Shown piece after piece: positions 9,538-19,105 of a stretch of 64,000 nucleotides of DNA (its first letter is position 1; every line of letters starts with the position of its first letter). Below the pieces are notes generated by a model. The model was not told the DNA's origin. It was given only the letters and a program-made list of their open reading frames with translations, and did not search any database. The position numbers were made by a program, and so were the translations under genes. Origin of the DNA: Deltaproteobacteria bacterium (GTDB lineage: Bacteria > Myxococcota > Myxococcia > SLRQ01); assembly GCA_007130885.1 (NCBI GenBank), contig SLRQ01000020.1:20236-84235 (forward strand), in the 5' to 3' direction.

Positions 9538-10365
9538 ATGATCTTCACCCCCTGGGTGAAGCGCATCATGATCGCTACGGCGACTCTGTCGATTCTAAGC
9601 GCCATAATCATGATGTGGATGGGCTCGACCATGCCGTTGCATTTGGGCTTGCAGCCTAGATCGGTATGGGGTGGGGGGGATCTGGCGCCGATACCGGCGG
9701 TCTGGCAGCTTCTGACATATCCTTTCGTGCACCTGCAAGTCTTCGGGTTGTTGCTGGCCATGCTCATGTACGGCTGGTTCGGCGGTACGTTGGAGGCTTG
9801 GTGGGGCTCGGTGCGCTTCTTCAAGTTCTTCTTCGGTCTTACGGTGGGCGTGGCGGCCATTACGGTCGTGCTCTCGTTCTTCTGGCCGGCATTGGCCGAA
9901 GCGCGGTTCCTGGGGCCGTTTCCAATAATCGCGGCGATGATCGTCGCATTTGGCCTGACATTTCCAGATCGGGAGATCCGTCTCTTCTTCGTGTTGCCCG
10001 TCAAGGGAATACACTTGGTCTGGATCTCCGTGGGAATCACGGTCCTTTCGATCATATTCTCGGGGGCGCTCGCCCCGTTCGTGCCGCACATCATTGCCAT
10101 CGCTAGCAGCGTTCTGCTCGTGACGGGATCATGGCGTGGACGTCGAATGTGGCTCTACGTGCGAAAATGGCAGGTGGAGTCGCAGATTAAGCGAGAGCAG
10201 GAGGCCCGAAAGCGAAGAGTGGAAAAAGTCGGCCATCTGCGAGTAGTAGAGCCGGATGATCCGCCTGAACAGGATGACTCCGCCGCCGGTGACGATGATG
10301 ACGGAGGAGGAAAAGGTAACGGAAGCGGTCAAGGCAATGGCGCCGGTGGGCGTTGGTTCCACTGA
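9538..10365 (+). CDS. Rhomboid-family membrane protein lacking the catalytic Ser (pseudoprotease)
   Basis: WQLLTYPFVH...FGGTLEAWWGSVRF and FPDREIRLFFVLPVK are rhomboid-like; GxSG is replaced by LGPFP and HxxxN by GLLLA; charged C-terminal tail. Confidence 0.75.
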   Translation: MIFTPWVKRIMIATATLSILSAIIMMWMGSTMPLHLGLQPRSVWGGGDLAPIPAVWQLLTYPFVHLQVFGLLLAMLMYGWFGGTLEAWWGSVRFFKFFFGLTVGVAAITVVLSFFWPALAEARFLGPFPIIAAMIVAFGLTFPDREIRLFFVLPVKGIHLVWISVGITVLSIIFSGALAPFVPHIIAIASSVLLVTGSWRGRRMWLYVRKWQVESQIKREQEARKRRVEKVGHLRVVEPDDPPEQDDSAAGDDDDGGGKGNGSGQGNGAGGRWFH

Positions 10366-10426
10366 CGCTCATTGAGTAGGCGTATGCGGCGTTGACCCTA
10401 GGCGTCTTGCGCCGTATACCCGCGAC

Positions 10427-11185
10427 ATGGAACCTCCTCTCACCGCCAAGGAGGCCGAGGTCAAGGCTGGCATCGTCCCTCGGCACGTCGCCGTGATCAT
10501 GGACGGCAACGGGCGCTGGGCGAAGTCGAGGGGCTTGCCCAGGCTCGCCGGTCATCGGGAAGGAGCGAAGTCTGTTAGAGCCGTGGCCCGCGCCGCGCGC
10601 AGGATCGGATGTGAAGTGCTCACTTTGTATGCGTTCAGTGCACAGAACTGGCAAAGACCCGAGGACGAGGTGAATGGCTTGATGGGGCTGCTTCGCCAGT
10701 ATCTCGTACGCGAACGGGACGAGCTGATTGAAAACGATATTCGCATAGAGGCAGTAGGAGATCTCGATCGCTTGCCCTCCAACGTGAAGGGACCTCTGGA
10801 GGCACTGCGGCGCGATACCGCGAAGTGCGGGTCACTGATGCTTGTGCTGTGTCTCTCCTACGGGGGGCGAGAGGAGATCGCGGCCATGGCTCGCAGGATA
10901 GCTCTAGACGTTAGGGATGGATCACTGGATCCGGACCAAATCGACGAAGAGGCTTTGCGAGCGAGGATGTGGACGGGGGAATTTCCTGAAGCAGACCTGG
11001 TAATAAGGACCAGCGGGGAAATACGGATCAGCAACTTCCTTCTGTGGAGCTGCGCCTACAGTGAGTGGGTTTTCGTACCTGCCCATTGGCCGGATTTTCG
11101 AGAGGATGGCTTTCTCGACGCCGTAAGGGAGTATCAGGGACGGGAGAGGCGCTTCGGCAGGGTGGGCGGCCTGGAGGCTGGTTGA
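10427..11185 (+). CDS. uppS: Undecaprenyl diphosphate synthase
   Basis: HVAVIMDGNGRWA, GHREG, LYAFSAQNW.RP..EV, SYGGREE, IRTSGE.RISNFLLW. Confidence 0.96.
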   Translation: MEPPLTAKEAEVKAGIVPRHVAVIMDGNGRWAKSRGLPRLAGHREGAKSVRAVARAARRIGCEVLTLYAFSAQNWQRPEDEVNGLMGLLRQYLVRERDELIENDIRIEAVGDLDRLPSNVKGPLEALRRDTAKCGSLMLVLCLSYGGREEIAAMARRIALDVRDGSLDPDQIDEEALRARMWTGEFPEADLVIRTSGEIRISNFLLWSCAYSEWVFVPAHWPDFREDGFLDAVREYQGRERRFGRVGGLEAG

Positions 11186-12039
11186 TGAGCCCGCAGAACG
11201 AGAACCTCCTCATACGGGTGGCGACGGCGGTGGTTCTAATCCCGTTGGTATTGGCTCTCATTTGGGCGGGGGGGTGGCCGTTGACTTTGCTGGTGGCCGC
11301 CGCCGCGGGAGGATGTGCTTACGAGATGGGGGCCATCACTCTTCGCTCTTCCCCCGTTTCCACGAGGGTGCTGGCGGTAATCGCTGCCGCCGGAATACCG
11401 CTTCTGTTTGCTCCCTTTTCCCCGCTTCTCACCGCGGAGGAGCTTCTTGGATGCCTCGTTGGGTTGGTTATCCTATTTTGGGTAGTCAATCTCTTCTGTT
11501 TGGGGGAAGATCTTTCCTCGGTGCCTGGACGGGTCGGCCTGTCGATGTTCGCTGTGCTGTACTGCGGTGCGATGCTGGCGCCCCTGCTCTTGCTGCGGGA
11601 GGAACCCGCTGGTTTCTGGTGGCTCATACTCGTTCTCGCCGTCACCTTTCTCAGCGATACAGGAGCCTATGCCGCAGGGAGAGCGATAGGGCGGCGTAAG
11701 CTTGCGCCGCGCGTATCTCCGTCGAAGACTTGGGAAGGTTTTGCCGGTGGGATGGTGGCGGGCTCGGGAGGGGCGGTTGCAGTTGTTGCGGTCTCGAGCG
11801 TGCTGACCCTGGACGGTGTTTCTCCTTTGCCTATTTGCTTACCGGGTGCGGCGGTTGGAGGGTTGGTGGTGGCCGCCTTTGGAGCCGCCGGCGATCTTTG
11901 CGAGTCCGTGCTCAAGAGAGCCTTCGATGTGAAGGATTCGGGCAGGGTGATTCCCGGCCATGGAGGAGTCCTCGACCGGGTTGACGCATTGTTGTTCACC
12001 ATACCCGTCGTTTGGTTGTGGTCCCTGGTTTCGGGATAG
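11185..12039 (+). CDS. cdsA: Phosphatidate cytidylyltransferase
   Basis: SDTGAY...GRRKLAPRVSPSKTWEG, GDLCESVLKR...KDSG..IPGHGGVLDRVD; TGATG overlap with uppS. Confidence 0.95.
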   Translation: MSPQNENLLIRVATAVVLIPLVLALIWAGGWPLTLLVAAAAGGCAYEMGAITLRSSPVSTRVLAVIAAAGIPLLFAPFSPLLTAEELLGCLVGLVILFWVVNLFCLGEDLSSVPGRVGLSMFAVLYCGAMLAPLLLLREEPAGFWWLILVLAVTFLSDTGAYAAGRAIGRRKLAPRVSPSKTWEGFAGGMVAGSGGAVAVVAVSSVLTLDGVSPLPICLPGAAVGGLVVAAFGAAGDLCESVLKRAFDVKDSGRVIPGHGGVLDRVDALLFTIPVVWLWSLVSG

Positions 12040-12191
12040 TCCGAGGCTCAACGCTAAGCCCAATTGCGGCCTGCCCTCTTGAGTGCATACGGGAAGGTCA
12101 CGGCTGGTGGTGAGGCCCGAGCCTCCCACCCTGAACAAAGCACATGAACCCCGGGGGACCCCGGCTCCCGAGTGCGAGAGGGGGTGTCATC

Positions 12192-13601
12192 ATGACGATG
12201 GCACGCGATCGGCTGCTGCCCGGAAAGTTGGCCATAACTCATCTCGTGGCCGACATGGCATTGTTGTTCGTAACACTGGCATGGGTTTCACGACGGTATG
12301 TTGAGCCCGCCTACTTCTCGACCCACGATTGGGCCTGGGTCGGGGTTATCATGGCCGCCGTCTGGGGGCTCTTGGGTATGGTGCTGCGGCACTATGGTGA
12401 AGGGCCGGTACGGCAGGCCGTTGAAGACGCCGCGGTAGTTTCCCTTCTGGTGGGAGCATCATGCTTGCTTCTGGCGGCAACGAGGATGGCTGTTCCCACG
12501 CCGGCGGCCTTGCCTCCAGTGGAGCCGTTTATTCTCTTGCTTTGGCCCATTTCGACGGCTTTGCGCGTGGGGGTGTTTCGTGGGCTACAGAAAAGGAGCG
12601 GACCCAGCCATGAGGTGCTGATAGTGGGTGTCGGACCACTTGCACGTGCGACCGCTCGTTATCTGGCCGTTCGTGCGCCGCGTTGTCGTATCGTAGGTCA
12701 TGTGCCCGTGGTCGGTGAGCGGGTACCGGGTTATCTGGTGAGGCCCGTGGTTAGCCGCTGGGAAGACCTGGGGGTATTTCTTCAGCGCAGATCGGTCGAC
12801 GAGGTCTACATAGCCGTGGATCCGTGCAGCCAGGCGTCCCAGGTGCAGTCTGCCGTCTTGTCGTGTGAGCGCTTGGGGATCCCTTTCGCTCTGCCTATCC
12901 CTCCGATTCGTTTGGAGCGGGCCCGGCCGACCGAGCCGATGGTGGGCGGGCCTGTCAGCCTGGACGGCTATGTGCATTTCAGCCCTACCCCGAGTAAGCC
13001 CTATCAGCTCGCCATGAAGCGTCTTATTGATGTTTCAGTCGCCGGAGCCGCTTTGCTGTTTCTCTCACCCGCAGTGCTGCTGCTGGCCCTTGCAATCAAG
13101 GTCTCCTCTCCGGGACCCGTCCTCTTTCGGCAGCATCGGATTGGCCTGCATGGCAGGGCTTTCGGCATGCTCAAGTTTCGCTCAATGTACCAGGATGCGG
13201 AGGAGCGCCGGGAAGCCCTAGAGGCGAAAAACGAGCAGGCAGGACCGGTCTTCAAGATCAAGCACGATCCCCGAGTAACGCCTCTTGGGCGCTTTATTCG
13301 AAAGTACAGCATCGACGAGCTGCCTCAGCTTTTGAACGTGCTCAAGGGAGAGATGAGCCTGGTCGGGCCCCGCCCGCCGCTGCCCAGGGAAGTAGACCAG
13401 TATCACTCATGGCAAAGAAGACGCCTGTCGGTACGCCCGGGGCTCACGTGCATATGGCAGGTGAGCGGAAGAAACGAGATCAGCTTCGATGAATGGATGC
13501 GCCTCGATATGCGGTACATCGACCACTGGGCACTCTCCTCTGATTTGAGCCTGATCCTGAAAACAATTCCGGTGGTGGTAACCGGAAAGGGAGCGAGCTG
13601 A
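12192..13601 (+). CDS. epsZ: Priming polyprenyl-phosphate phosphoglycosyl transferase (WcaJ/EpsZ type)
   Basis: N-terminal TMs and Rossmann-like domain, then KFRSM, DPRVT..GRFIRKYSIDELPQL.NVLKGEMSLVGPRP. Confidence 0.9.
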   Translation: MTMARDRLLPGKLAITHLVADMALLFVTLAWVSRRYVEPAYFSTHDWAWVGVIMAAVWGLLGMVLRHYGEGPVRQAVEDAAVVSLLVGASCLLLAATRMAVPTPAALPPVEPFILLLWPISTALRVGVFRGLQKRSGPSHEVLIVGVGPLARATARYLAVRAPRCRIVGHVPVVGERVPGYLVRPVVSRWEDLGVFLQRRSVDEVYIAVDPCSQASQVQSAVLSCERLGIPFALPIPPIRLERARPTEPMVGGPVSLDGYVHFSPTPSKPYQLAMKRLIDVSVAGAALLFLSPAVLLLALAIKVSSPGPVLFRQHRIGLHGRAFGMLKFRSMYQDAEERREALEAKNEQAGPVFKIKHDPRVTPLGRFIRKYSIDELPQLLNVLKGEMSLVGPRPPLPREVDQYHSWQRRRLSVRPGLTCIWQVSGRNEISFDEWMRLDMRYIDHWALSSDLSLILKTIPVVVTGKGAS

Positions 13602-13605
13602 AGCC

Positions 13606-15126
13606 GTGACAGCGGGGGGGGACAAGGCAGCCGCCGGGTCGAGTGCAGTACCAGTTGGGGGTCACGAGCAATCCTCCGCTGATACCCATCGCGCGATACG
13701 AAACGCGGGAATACTGACGGTAAGCCTTCTCGGCACCTGGAGCGTGGCCCTTGCGGTGCGCCTGCTTCTTCCTAGGCTTCTTGGGCCCACGGCATTTGGA
13801 GCCTTGCACTTCGCTGATTACTTCGCGCAGGGCTTCCTAATAGTGACGGCGCTCGGAGTAGACACCTACATCCGGAAGGAAGTTGCTACTAGACCGGGGC
13901 ACGCGAGCGACTTCTTCGGGGGGGTACTCGTACTCCGTTTGCTGATGGGGGTCGCTCTATCGGGGTTGATGCTGCTGGTTTTATATGTCACCGGCCGCGG
14001 CCCGGAGATGAAAACGCTCGCCCTGCTGTACGCGGCGGCGCACTTTCTGCTCACGCTGAATCATTCACTTGGAGCACTGCTTCAAGCTCGCGGAACGGTG
14101 ACGGGTCTTGCCGTGGTGAATGTAGTTACCAAGGCCGGGTGGGGCGCTTCAGTCATTGCGGGCCTAATGGTGGGAGCCCCCCTCTGGATTGTCCCGGCAG
14201 CTTTCATAGCGGCGGAGCTGGCAAAGACCTTCGCCTTGTCGGTCCTGTCCAGGCGTCACTTGTCGCTACGGCTGAGCTTCGACCGGACAGCAACCACTGC
14301 TGTCATGGTGGCAAGCCTCCCGTTCTTTCTCAATATCCTGGCGCAAACACTGTACGACAAGATCGATGTATCGATGATAGGAATTCTAGCTGGGAACACC
14401 GAAGCGGGCTATTACGGGGCGGCTACCATTCTTACGGCCTCGGCCTTGATGCTGACGCCGATAATCAGCTCGGTGCTTCTTCCTCATAGCTCGCTGGCGG
14501 CTGCTCGTTCGCCCGAGGACCTGCAAGAAGTAATGGAAGGAGCCTTGCGGGTGACTTTGACGATCATCCTTCCAGTTGCGTTCCTACTCATCCTAGGAGC
14601 GGATATATGGGTTGAATTTCTGTTCGGAACGGAGTTCGCCCCATCAGTGACAGCCCTCCAGGTGAGGGCAACCAGCCTAGTATTGACCTACTTGGCCACA
14701 TTGAGCGCGATACATTTATTCCAGCTAGGACGCCTCTGGACAGTGACTTTAATTTCACTTGCGGCTCTGGTCTTCAATCCAACCATGAACTACTTCTTGA
14801 TTCAGGTCGGAATGCGTCACTTGGGCGCGGGAGGAGCCGGCAGTGGTGCCGCCATAGCTTCGCTGTGCAGCGAGGTCATGGTGGTCAGTCTGATGCAGCT
14901 GGCCGCGGGGAGGAGGTCGATAGTGAGGACCACCGCAGGCCGGATTCTCCGTAGCGCAACGGCGCTTGTGGGGCTGGTGTGTCTATTCCTAGTACTGGAG
15001 CCGCTAGGCCCCTTCCGTCTTCTTGCTTGTGCGGCGGCTTGGATTCCGTTGAGTATTGTAACACGCGCCATCAACACCGACGACATTTCTGTATTCATTA
15101 GTGCAGTTTTCAAGCGGGGGCGGTGA
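13606..15126 (+). CDS. wzx: Wzx flippase
   Basis: Multi-TM MOP-type protein with LYDKIDVSMIG..AG..EAGYYGAA; directly after the priming transferase. Confidence 0.88.
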   Translation: MTAGGDKAAAGSSAVPVGGHEQSSADTHRAIRNAGILTVSLLGTWSVALAVRLLLPRLLGPTAFGALHFADYFAQGFLIVTALGVDTYIRKEVATRPGHASDFFGGVLVLRLLMGVALSGLMLLVLYVTGRGPEMKTLALLYAAAHFLLTLNHSLGALLQARGTVTGLAVVNVVTKAGWGASVIAGLMVGAPLWIVPAAFIAAELAKTFALSVLSRRHLSLRLSFDRTATTAVMVASLPFFLNILAQTLYDKIDVSMIGILAGNTEAGYYGAATILTASALMLTPIISSVLLPHSSLAAARSPEDLQEVMEGALRVTLTIILPVAFLLILGADIWVEFLFGTEFAPSVTALQVRATSLVLTYLATLSAIHLFQLGRLWTVTLISLAALVFNPTMNYFLIQVGMRHLGAGGAGSGAAIASLCSEVMVVSLMQLAAGRRSIVRTTAGRILRSATALVGLVCLFLVLEPLGPFRLLACAAAWIPLSIVTRAINTDDISVFISAVFKRGR

Positions 15127-15150
15127 CGCAGCTATTTGAGGGGGACAAAC

Positions 15151-15795
15151 ATGAGCATTCATAAGTTCATGGTTCGATGGCCCGTAGTGAGTGCGATGTT
15201 TGGGCTGTACTTGGTGGGTTGTTTTCACATGGATAGCCACCAAGGCTCGCACTTCATCTGGGTTGATCGCCTGGAGGCTGAAGCTGAAGATCCCCGAACG
15301 TTCAGGCTTCAGGCAGGTGATAGAATCCGAATCAGTGTCTGGAAACAAGATGAGCTGTCGGGTGAGCTACGCATCCGTTCCGACGGCCGAATCACAATGC
15401 CGGTGGTCGGTGACGTGCGGGTCGCGGGCCTCACTCCAAGTGAAGCAGCCGGCGTTGTAAAAGGATCCTTACTGGATGTGGTGAGAGATCCCGCGGTGGC
15501 AATAGACGTAATCGATGTTCGACCGCTCAGCATAGGCGTGCTGGGTGAAGTCGAGCGACCCGGTGTGTACGAAATAGACCGGGGCAGCGGCGTTTTGCAT
15601 GCCATTGCCACAGCCGGGGGGCTGACCGAGTACGCGGATCATCGGCGGATTTTCGTAATTCGTAACGGAAATCGTAATGACATAGCTGAAGGTGGTTCTG
15701 TCCCCATTCGGTTCAAGTATCGAATGCTCGTGCAGGGCCGCGAACCTGCCGCGGGATTCGTTTTGGCTCCTGGCGATCTCGTAGTCGTGGAGTGA
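15151..15795 (+). CDS. epsY: Short OPX polysaccharide export lipoprotein (EpsY-like, no C-terminal OM helix)
   Basis: Lipobox LYLVGC, PES motif GDRIRISVW...IRSDGRITMPVVG..RVAGLT, one SLBB domain, ends LAPGDLVVVE. Confidence 0.85.
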   Translation: MSIHKFMVRWPVVSAMFGLYLVGCFHMDSHQGSHFIWVDRLEAEAEDPRTFRLQAGDRIRISVWKQDELSGELRIRSDGRITMPVVGDVRVAGLTPSEAAGVVKGSLLDVVRDPAVAIDVIDVRPLSIGVLGEVERPGVYEIDRGSGVLHAIATAGGLTEYADHRRIFVIRNGNRNDIAEGGSVPIRFKYRMLVQGREPAAGFVLAPGDLVVVE

Positions 15796-15798
15796 GAC

Positions 15799-17013
15799 AT
15801 GCCAATGAATGCGACGGTGGCAATTCTTCCGCTGCTTCTAGTCAATGCAGGGTTCTTTTCGAATCTCGAGCCGGCGCTAGCCGTCGATGCTAGGGCGGAA
15901 TCCAGAGCCCGGCCGGCTGGGCAAGTCGAACCGGACCGCTTCGCTTCGGGAGAAATCGAGTTCATCCCGGGCGTGCTCGCGGGCATACGCCATCCGTCAA
16001 TGGGTCTCGTGCTTCGATATGCCCCATCGGTGACTTGGACGACATACGATGAAATGAGAGACCCTCTCATTCTGCATCAGGGAATGGCCCGCCTCTTCGT
16101 TGATCTTGGAGACAGCGTACGTTTGGTTGGAGCGCACATACGGCAGCACGGAGAACGAAACTTCGCGGCAGCCATAGTCCATGAGGAGGACGGTGGCAGG
16201 TTACGGCTCGAGTTTCTTCCCGATATTGACCGTATTGCGATTGACGGGCACTTCTCAAGGCTGGGTGCGGTTTGGGAGCCGACCCATCGGCAAGAGTATA
16301 GTGTTTTCGGGGGCTACAGCAGTTTTGGTGGCCGTGGAGAATGGGCTAGAAGGCGACTTCCCAAGCAGACTGGTCCGTGGGGTTCCCTTGAGGCGGACAT
16401 AGGTGTTTCCTCGAGGAATGCGATCGTAGCTTCAACGCGGGCATCGCATACCACGTTTGAGCCCGGGCCGACGTTTCTCATCTGGGAGGCCGATACCGGT
16501 GTTCGACGCCAATGGGATAGAAACACCGAGGTTACAGGTCTAGTGGGTGTCTTCACTGGTTTCAATGAACAGCCCGTGGGCGATGAGTTGCGTTCCGTGA
16601 TTCTTCCAACCCTACGAGGTGAGCTTACGCGGCTCTACGGTTTAGGGCGTCAGGAGGCGGAGTTGGAGGTTGTCGTATCCGCTCGTCCAGGTATCAATCA
16701 ACTGTATGCGAGATTGGATCCAAGGGTAACGGCCGAAGGCTTCCTGGATTGGTCCTGGCGAGACCGCATAGGAGCAAGCCTGGAGGCTGGCCGAGCATGG
16801 GTGTTCGATGAGGGTATTTCTCTCGGAGGCCGAATATTGGTAACGGGGGGGGGATTGACCGTTCCGCTAACGACAGATTGGGATCTCCAAGGTGGTATGC
16901 GCATTTTTCGGCAAAGTGTTCGTTTCGGCCAAGATAATTGGACTAGAGGTTATTGGCGCTGGAACGTCTATTTCGCCCTTTCGTTCAATTCAGAGCTTTT
17001 TCCTAGACCATGA
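15799..17013 (+). CDS. epsX: Outer-membrane beta-barrel partner of the short OPX (EpsX-like)
   Basis: Signal peptide, alternating amphipathic strands, aromatic C-terminal strand (WNVYFALSF); position after OPX matches Myxococcus eps synteny. Confidence 0.7.
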   Translation: MPMNATVAILPLLLVNAGFFSNLEPALAVDARAESRARPAGQVEPDRFASGEIEFIPGVLAGIRHPSMGLVLRYAPSVTWTTYDEMRDPLILHQGMARLFVDLGDSVRLVGAHIRQHGERNFAAAIVHEEDGGRLRLEFLPDIDRIAIDGHFSRLGAVWEPTHRQEYSVFGGYSSFGGRGEWARRRLPKQTGPWGSLEADIGVSSRNAIVASTRASHTTFEPGPTFLIWEADTGVRRQWDRNTEVTGLVGVFTGFNEQPVGDELRSVILPTLRGELTRLYGLGRQEAELEVVVSARPGINQLYARLDPRVTAEGFLDWSWRDRIGASLEAGRAWVFDEGISLGGRILVTGGGLTVPLTTDWDLQGGMRIFRQSVRFGQDNWTRGYWRWNVYFALSFNSELFPRP

Positions 17014-17087
17014 AAACTCTACTTCTTCTGTCAGTAATAATAGCCATGGTTGCAATACCTCTTCGAAATGTTCGCATACGGAATTCG

Positions 17088-17134
17088 CGCCTTGCGATAA
17101 GGCGTATCGTATTTCAGGCGACAGTATTTACTGT
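17088..17134. promoter_or_regulatory. Two short inverted repeats in the AT-rich spacer upstream of epsW
   Basis: CGCCTT-gcgat-AAGGCG (17088-17104) and ACAGTA-tt-TACTGT (17121-17134). Confidence 0.3.
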
Positions 17135-17192
17135 AGCTTATGTGTTTGCACTTCGATTCATCTATCCTCGACTACTTTGACGGAGAGCACAA

Positions 17193-17609
17193 ATGGATGT
17201 GCAAAGCAGAAAGGTCGTCATAATTGAAGACGATCCCGATGCAAGCAAGTTACTGCGGTTATATCTGAAGCGGCTGGGGTACGAGGTGTGGGAGGCATCG
17301 GATGGCGAGACAGCACTTTCATTAATAATGTCTCACAAGCCTGATCTGGTGTGTCTCGATCTATGTCTTCCGCAGGGTTCCGGGTTCGAGGTCTGCGAAG
17401 CGATGCGGTCGAGCGAGGAGTCGGCGAATATACCCGTCCTCGTAACCACCGGCCGAGCCTCGCCACAAGATCAAGCCCTGGCCGAAATGGTTGGAGTCGA
17501 CGCTTACCTTATCAAACCTTTTAGCTCGGATGTCTTCATGGACATTGTCGAGCGGCTCGCAAAACGTGACCGCGCCGTGGTCCCAATACGCCCAGAGGTA
17601 CTGCAATGA
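17193..17609 (+). CDS. epsW: Single-domain response regulator (EpsW-like)
   Basis: IIEDD, PDLVCLDLCLPQGSGFEVCE, PVLVTTGRASPQD, YLIKPF; sits between epsX and epsV as in M. xanthus. Confidence 0.8.
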   Translation: MDVQSRKVVIIEDDPDASKLLRLYLKRLGYEVWEASDGETALSLIMSHKPDLVCLDLCLPQGSGFEVCEAMRSSEESANIPVLVTTGRASPQDQALAEMVGVDAYLIKPFSSDVFMDIVERLAKRDRAVVPIRPEVLQ

Positions 17610-19105
17610 GCGACTTTCATCACAATAAGAGGACACCGCGCCCATCTTCAGATCATGACGACGAGACATCTGTTCCTATCATGGAACAGGCGGCCGAGTT
17701 GTGGTCATGGCTGCTTTGCGCATTGCGGCGACGTCGCATGCTGATTGCTTTGACTTTTGTAGTGGCAGCGGGTGGCGCGGCAGCTGTCGTTTGGGTAATG
17801 CCGCAAACATATACCGCACAGGGTAGTGTTCTTGCTCAAAGTAATATCTACCTGCCCATGTTGGCGAATCCAGGGCGAGGAATTCCTCATACCGCGGATA
17901 CACCTACGCGTTCCGTCGCCTCAATCGTGCTATCGGAGAGAAACTTTGAGCGCCTTGTTGACGAGACTAATCTAGTTGAAAGGTGGGAAGAGCAGCGATC
18001 GCCCCTCCTCATCTTGAAGGACCAAGCCATGGAAATGGTGATGGGACCGATTAGCAAAGAGGATAGGCGGGCTGCCGTGCTGGAGGTTTTACGTCGCCGA
18101 GTAATTGTTTACTCCGATGATGAGGTCGTAAATTTCCATGTGACATGGTTCGACCCAGATACACCTGTTTTGTTGGTTGAAAGCTTGCAGCACATTCTGA
18201 TGGAAGAGCGACGAGAGCGTGAGTACGGAGTCGTCGCCGACGCGATCGAGATTTTGAGTCGACATAGAGCCGAGGTACGTCGAGAGGTGCAGGAGAATCT
18301 AGCAGAACTGCGCGAATTAAGAGAAGAGCTCGAGAAAGAGAGTCCAAGGCCGAGTCGCGAGGTGCTGGAGCAGCAGCTATCTCGCGAGACGAGTCGCAGT
18401 CGCTCCGCTCGAGCGCGATCCGCCGAACTACGGTCCGAACTCGAATATCTGCAGAGGACGTACCGGGAGCTTGAGAGTATCAGAAAAAGACGACTCGCGG
18501 AGGTACAGTCCACGTTGAGGCAACGTTCGCTGGATCTTGGTCCCAGGCACCCTGACCTAGCGATGCTCGAGACAGAAGTCGAAGCCTTGCGGGAGCCGCC
18601 TGAGGAAATGGAAAATCTGCGAAATAGAATCGCTGTGGTGAGACGTGAGTATTTGAGGAGCGGTGGAGGTGGCGAATGGGATGGGGACGGCTCTGAAGGC
18701 ATGCTGGCTCAGCAACGCATCAATCGAATTCTGCAAGAGATCGATGAGACCGCGGATCGAGAGAACGAAGCGCTTTCCCAGGCGCGAGCTCAGCTCGAGC
18801 TGTCCTTGGGTGAATATGAGCAGCTTCGATCACGCATGAAGTCCGCTCGGATAGAGCTGGACACCGCCGAGGCCGCATTCAAGTATCGCTACTCCATTCT
18901 GGGAGAGCCCCGACGTCCACGTGAAGCCAACGGTCCCCCCAAGCAGTTCATGCTTATCGGTGGGGTGCTTTTTGGTCTCATGCTTGGCTTTGTAGCCGGG
19001 ATCGGAAGGGAGGTCGCCGCCGGTCGAATTCTGAAGAGCTGGCAGCTTGAGAGGCTCGCTGGTGTTCCGGTACTCGGAGAGGTGGAGGTTAGGGGGAAGC
19101 AGTGA
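17606..19105 (+). CDS. epsV: Polysaccharide co-polymerase without a fused BY-kinase (EpsV-like)
   Basis: TM + PQTYTAQGSVL, long periplasmic coiled coil, second TM, short cytoplasmic tail ending GVPVLGEV. Confidence 0.85.
   Translation: MSDFHHNKRTPRPSSDHDDETSVPIMEQAAELWSWLLCALRRRRMLIALTFVVAAGGAAAVVWVMPQTYTAQGSVLAQSNIYLPMLANPGRGIPHTADTPTRSVASIVLSERNFERLVDETNLVERWEEQRSPLLILKDQAMEMVMGPISKEDRRAAVLEVLRRRVIVYSDDEVVNFHVTWFDPDTPVLLVESLQHILMEERREREYGVVADAIEILSRHRAEVRREVQENLAELRELREELEKESPRPSREVLEQQLSRETSRSRSARARSAELRSELEYLQRTYRELESIRKRRLAEVQSTLRQRSLDLGPRHPDLAMLETEVEALREPPEEMENLRNRIAVVRREYLRSGGGGEWDGDGSEGMLAQQRINRILQEIDETADRENEALSQARAQLELSLGEYEQLRSRMKSARIELDTAEAAFKYRYSILGEPRRPREANGPPKQFMLIGGVLFGLMLGFVAGIGREVAAGRILKSWQLERLAGVPVLGEVEVRGKQ

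Noticed and set aside
12108-12122. GG-N10-GC upstream of epsZ as a sigma54 promoter
   Set aside because: Flanks (TGGTGA...GAGC) deviate from TGGCAC...TTGC; such spacing is frequent by chance at this GC content
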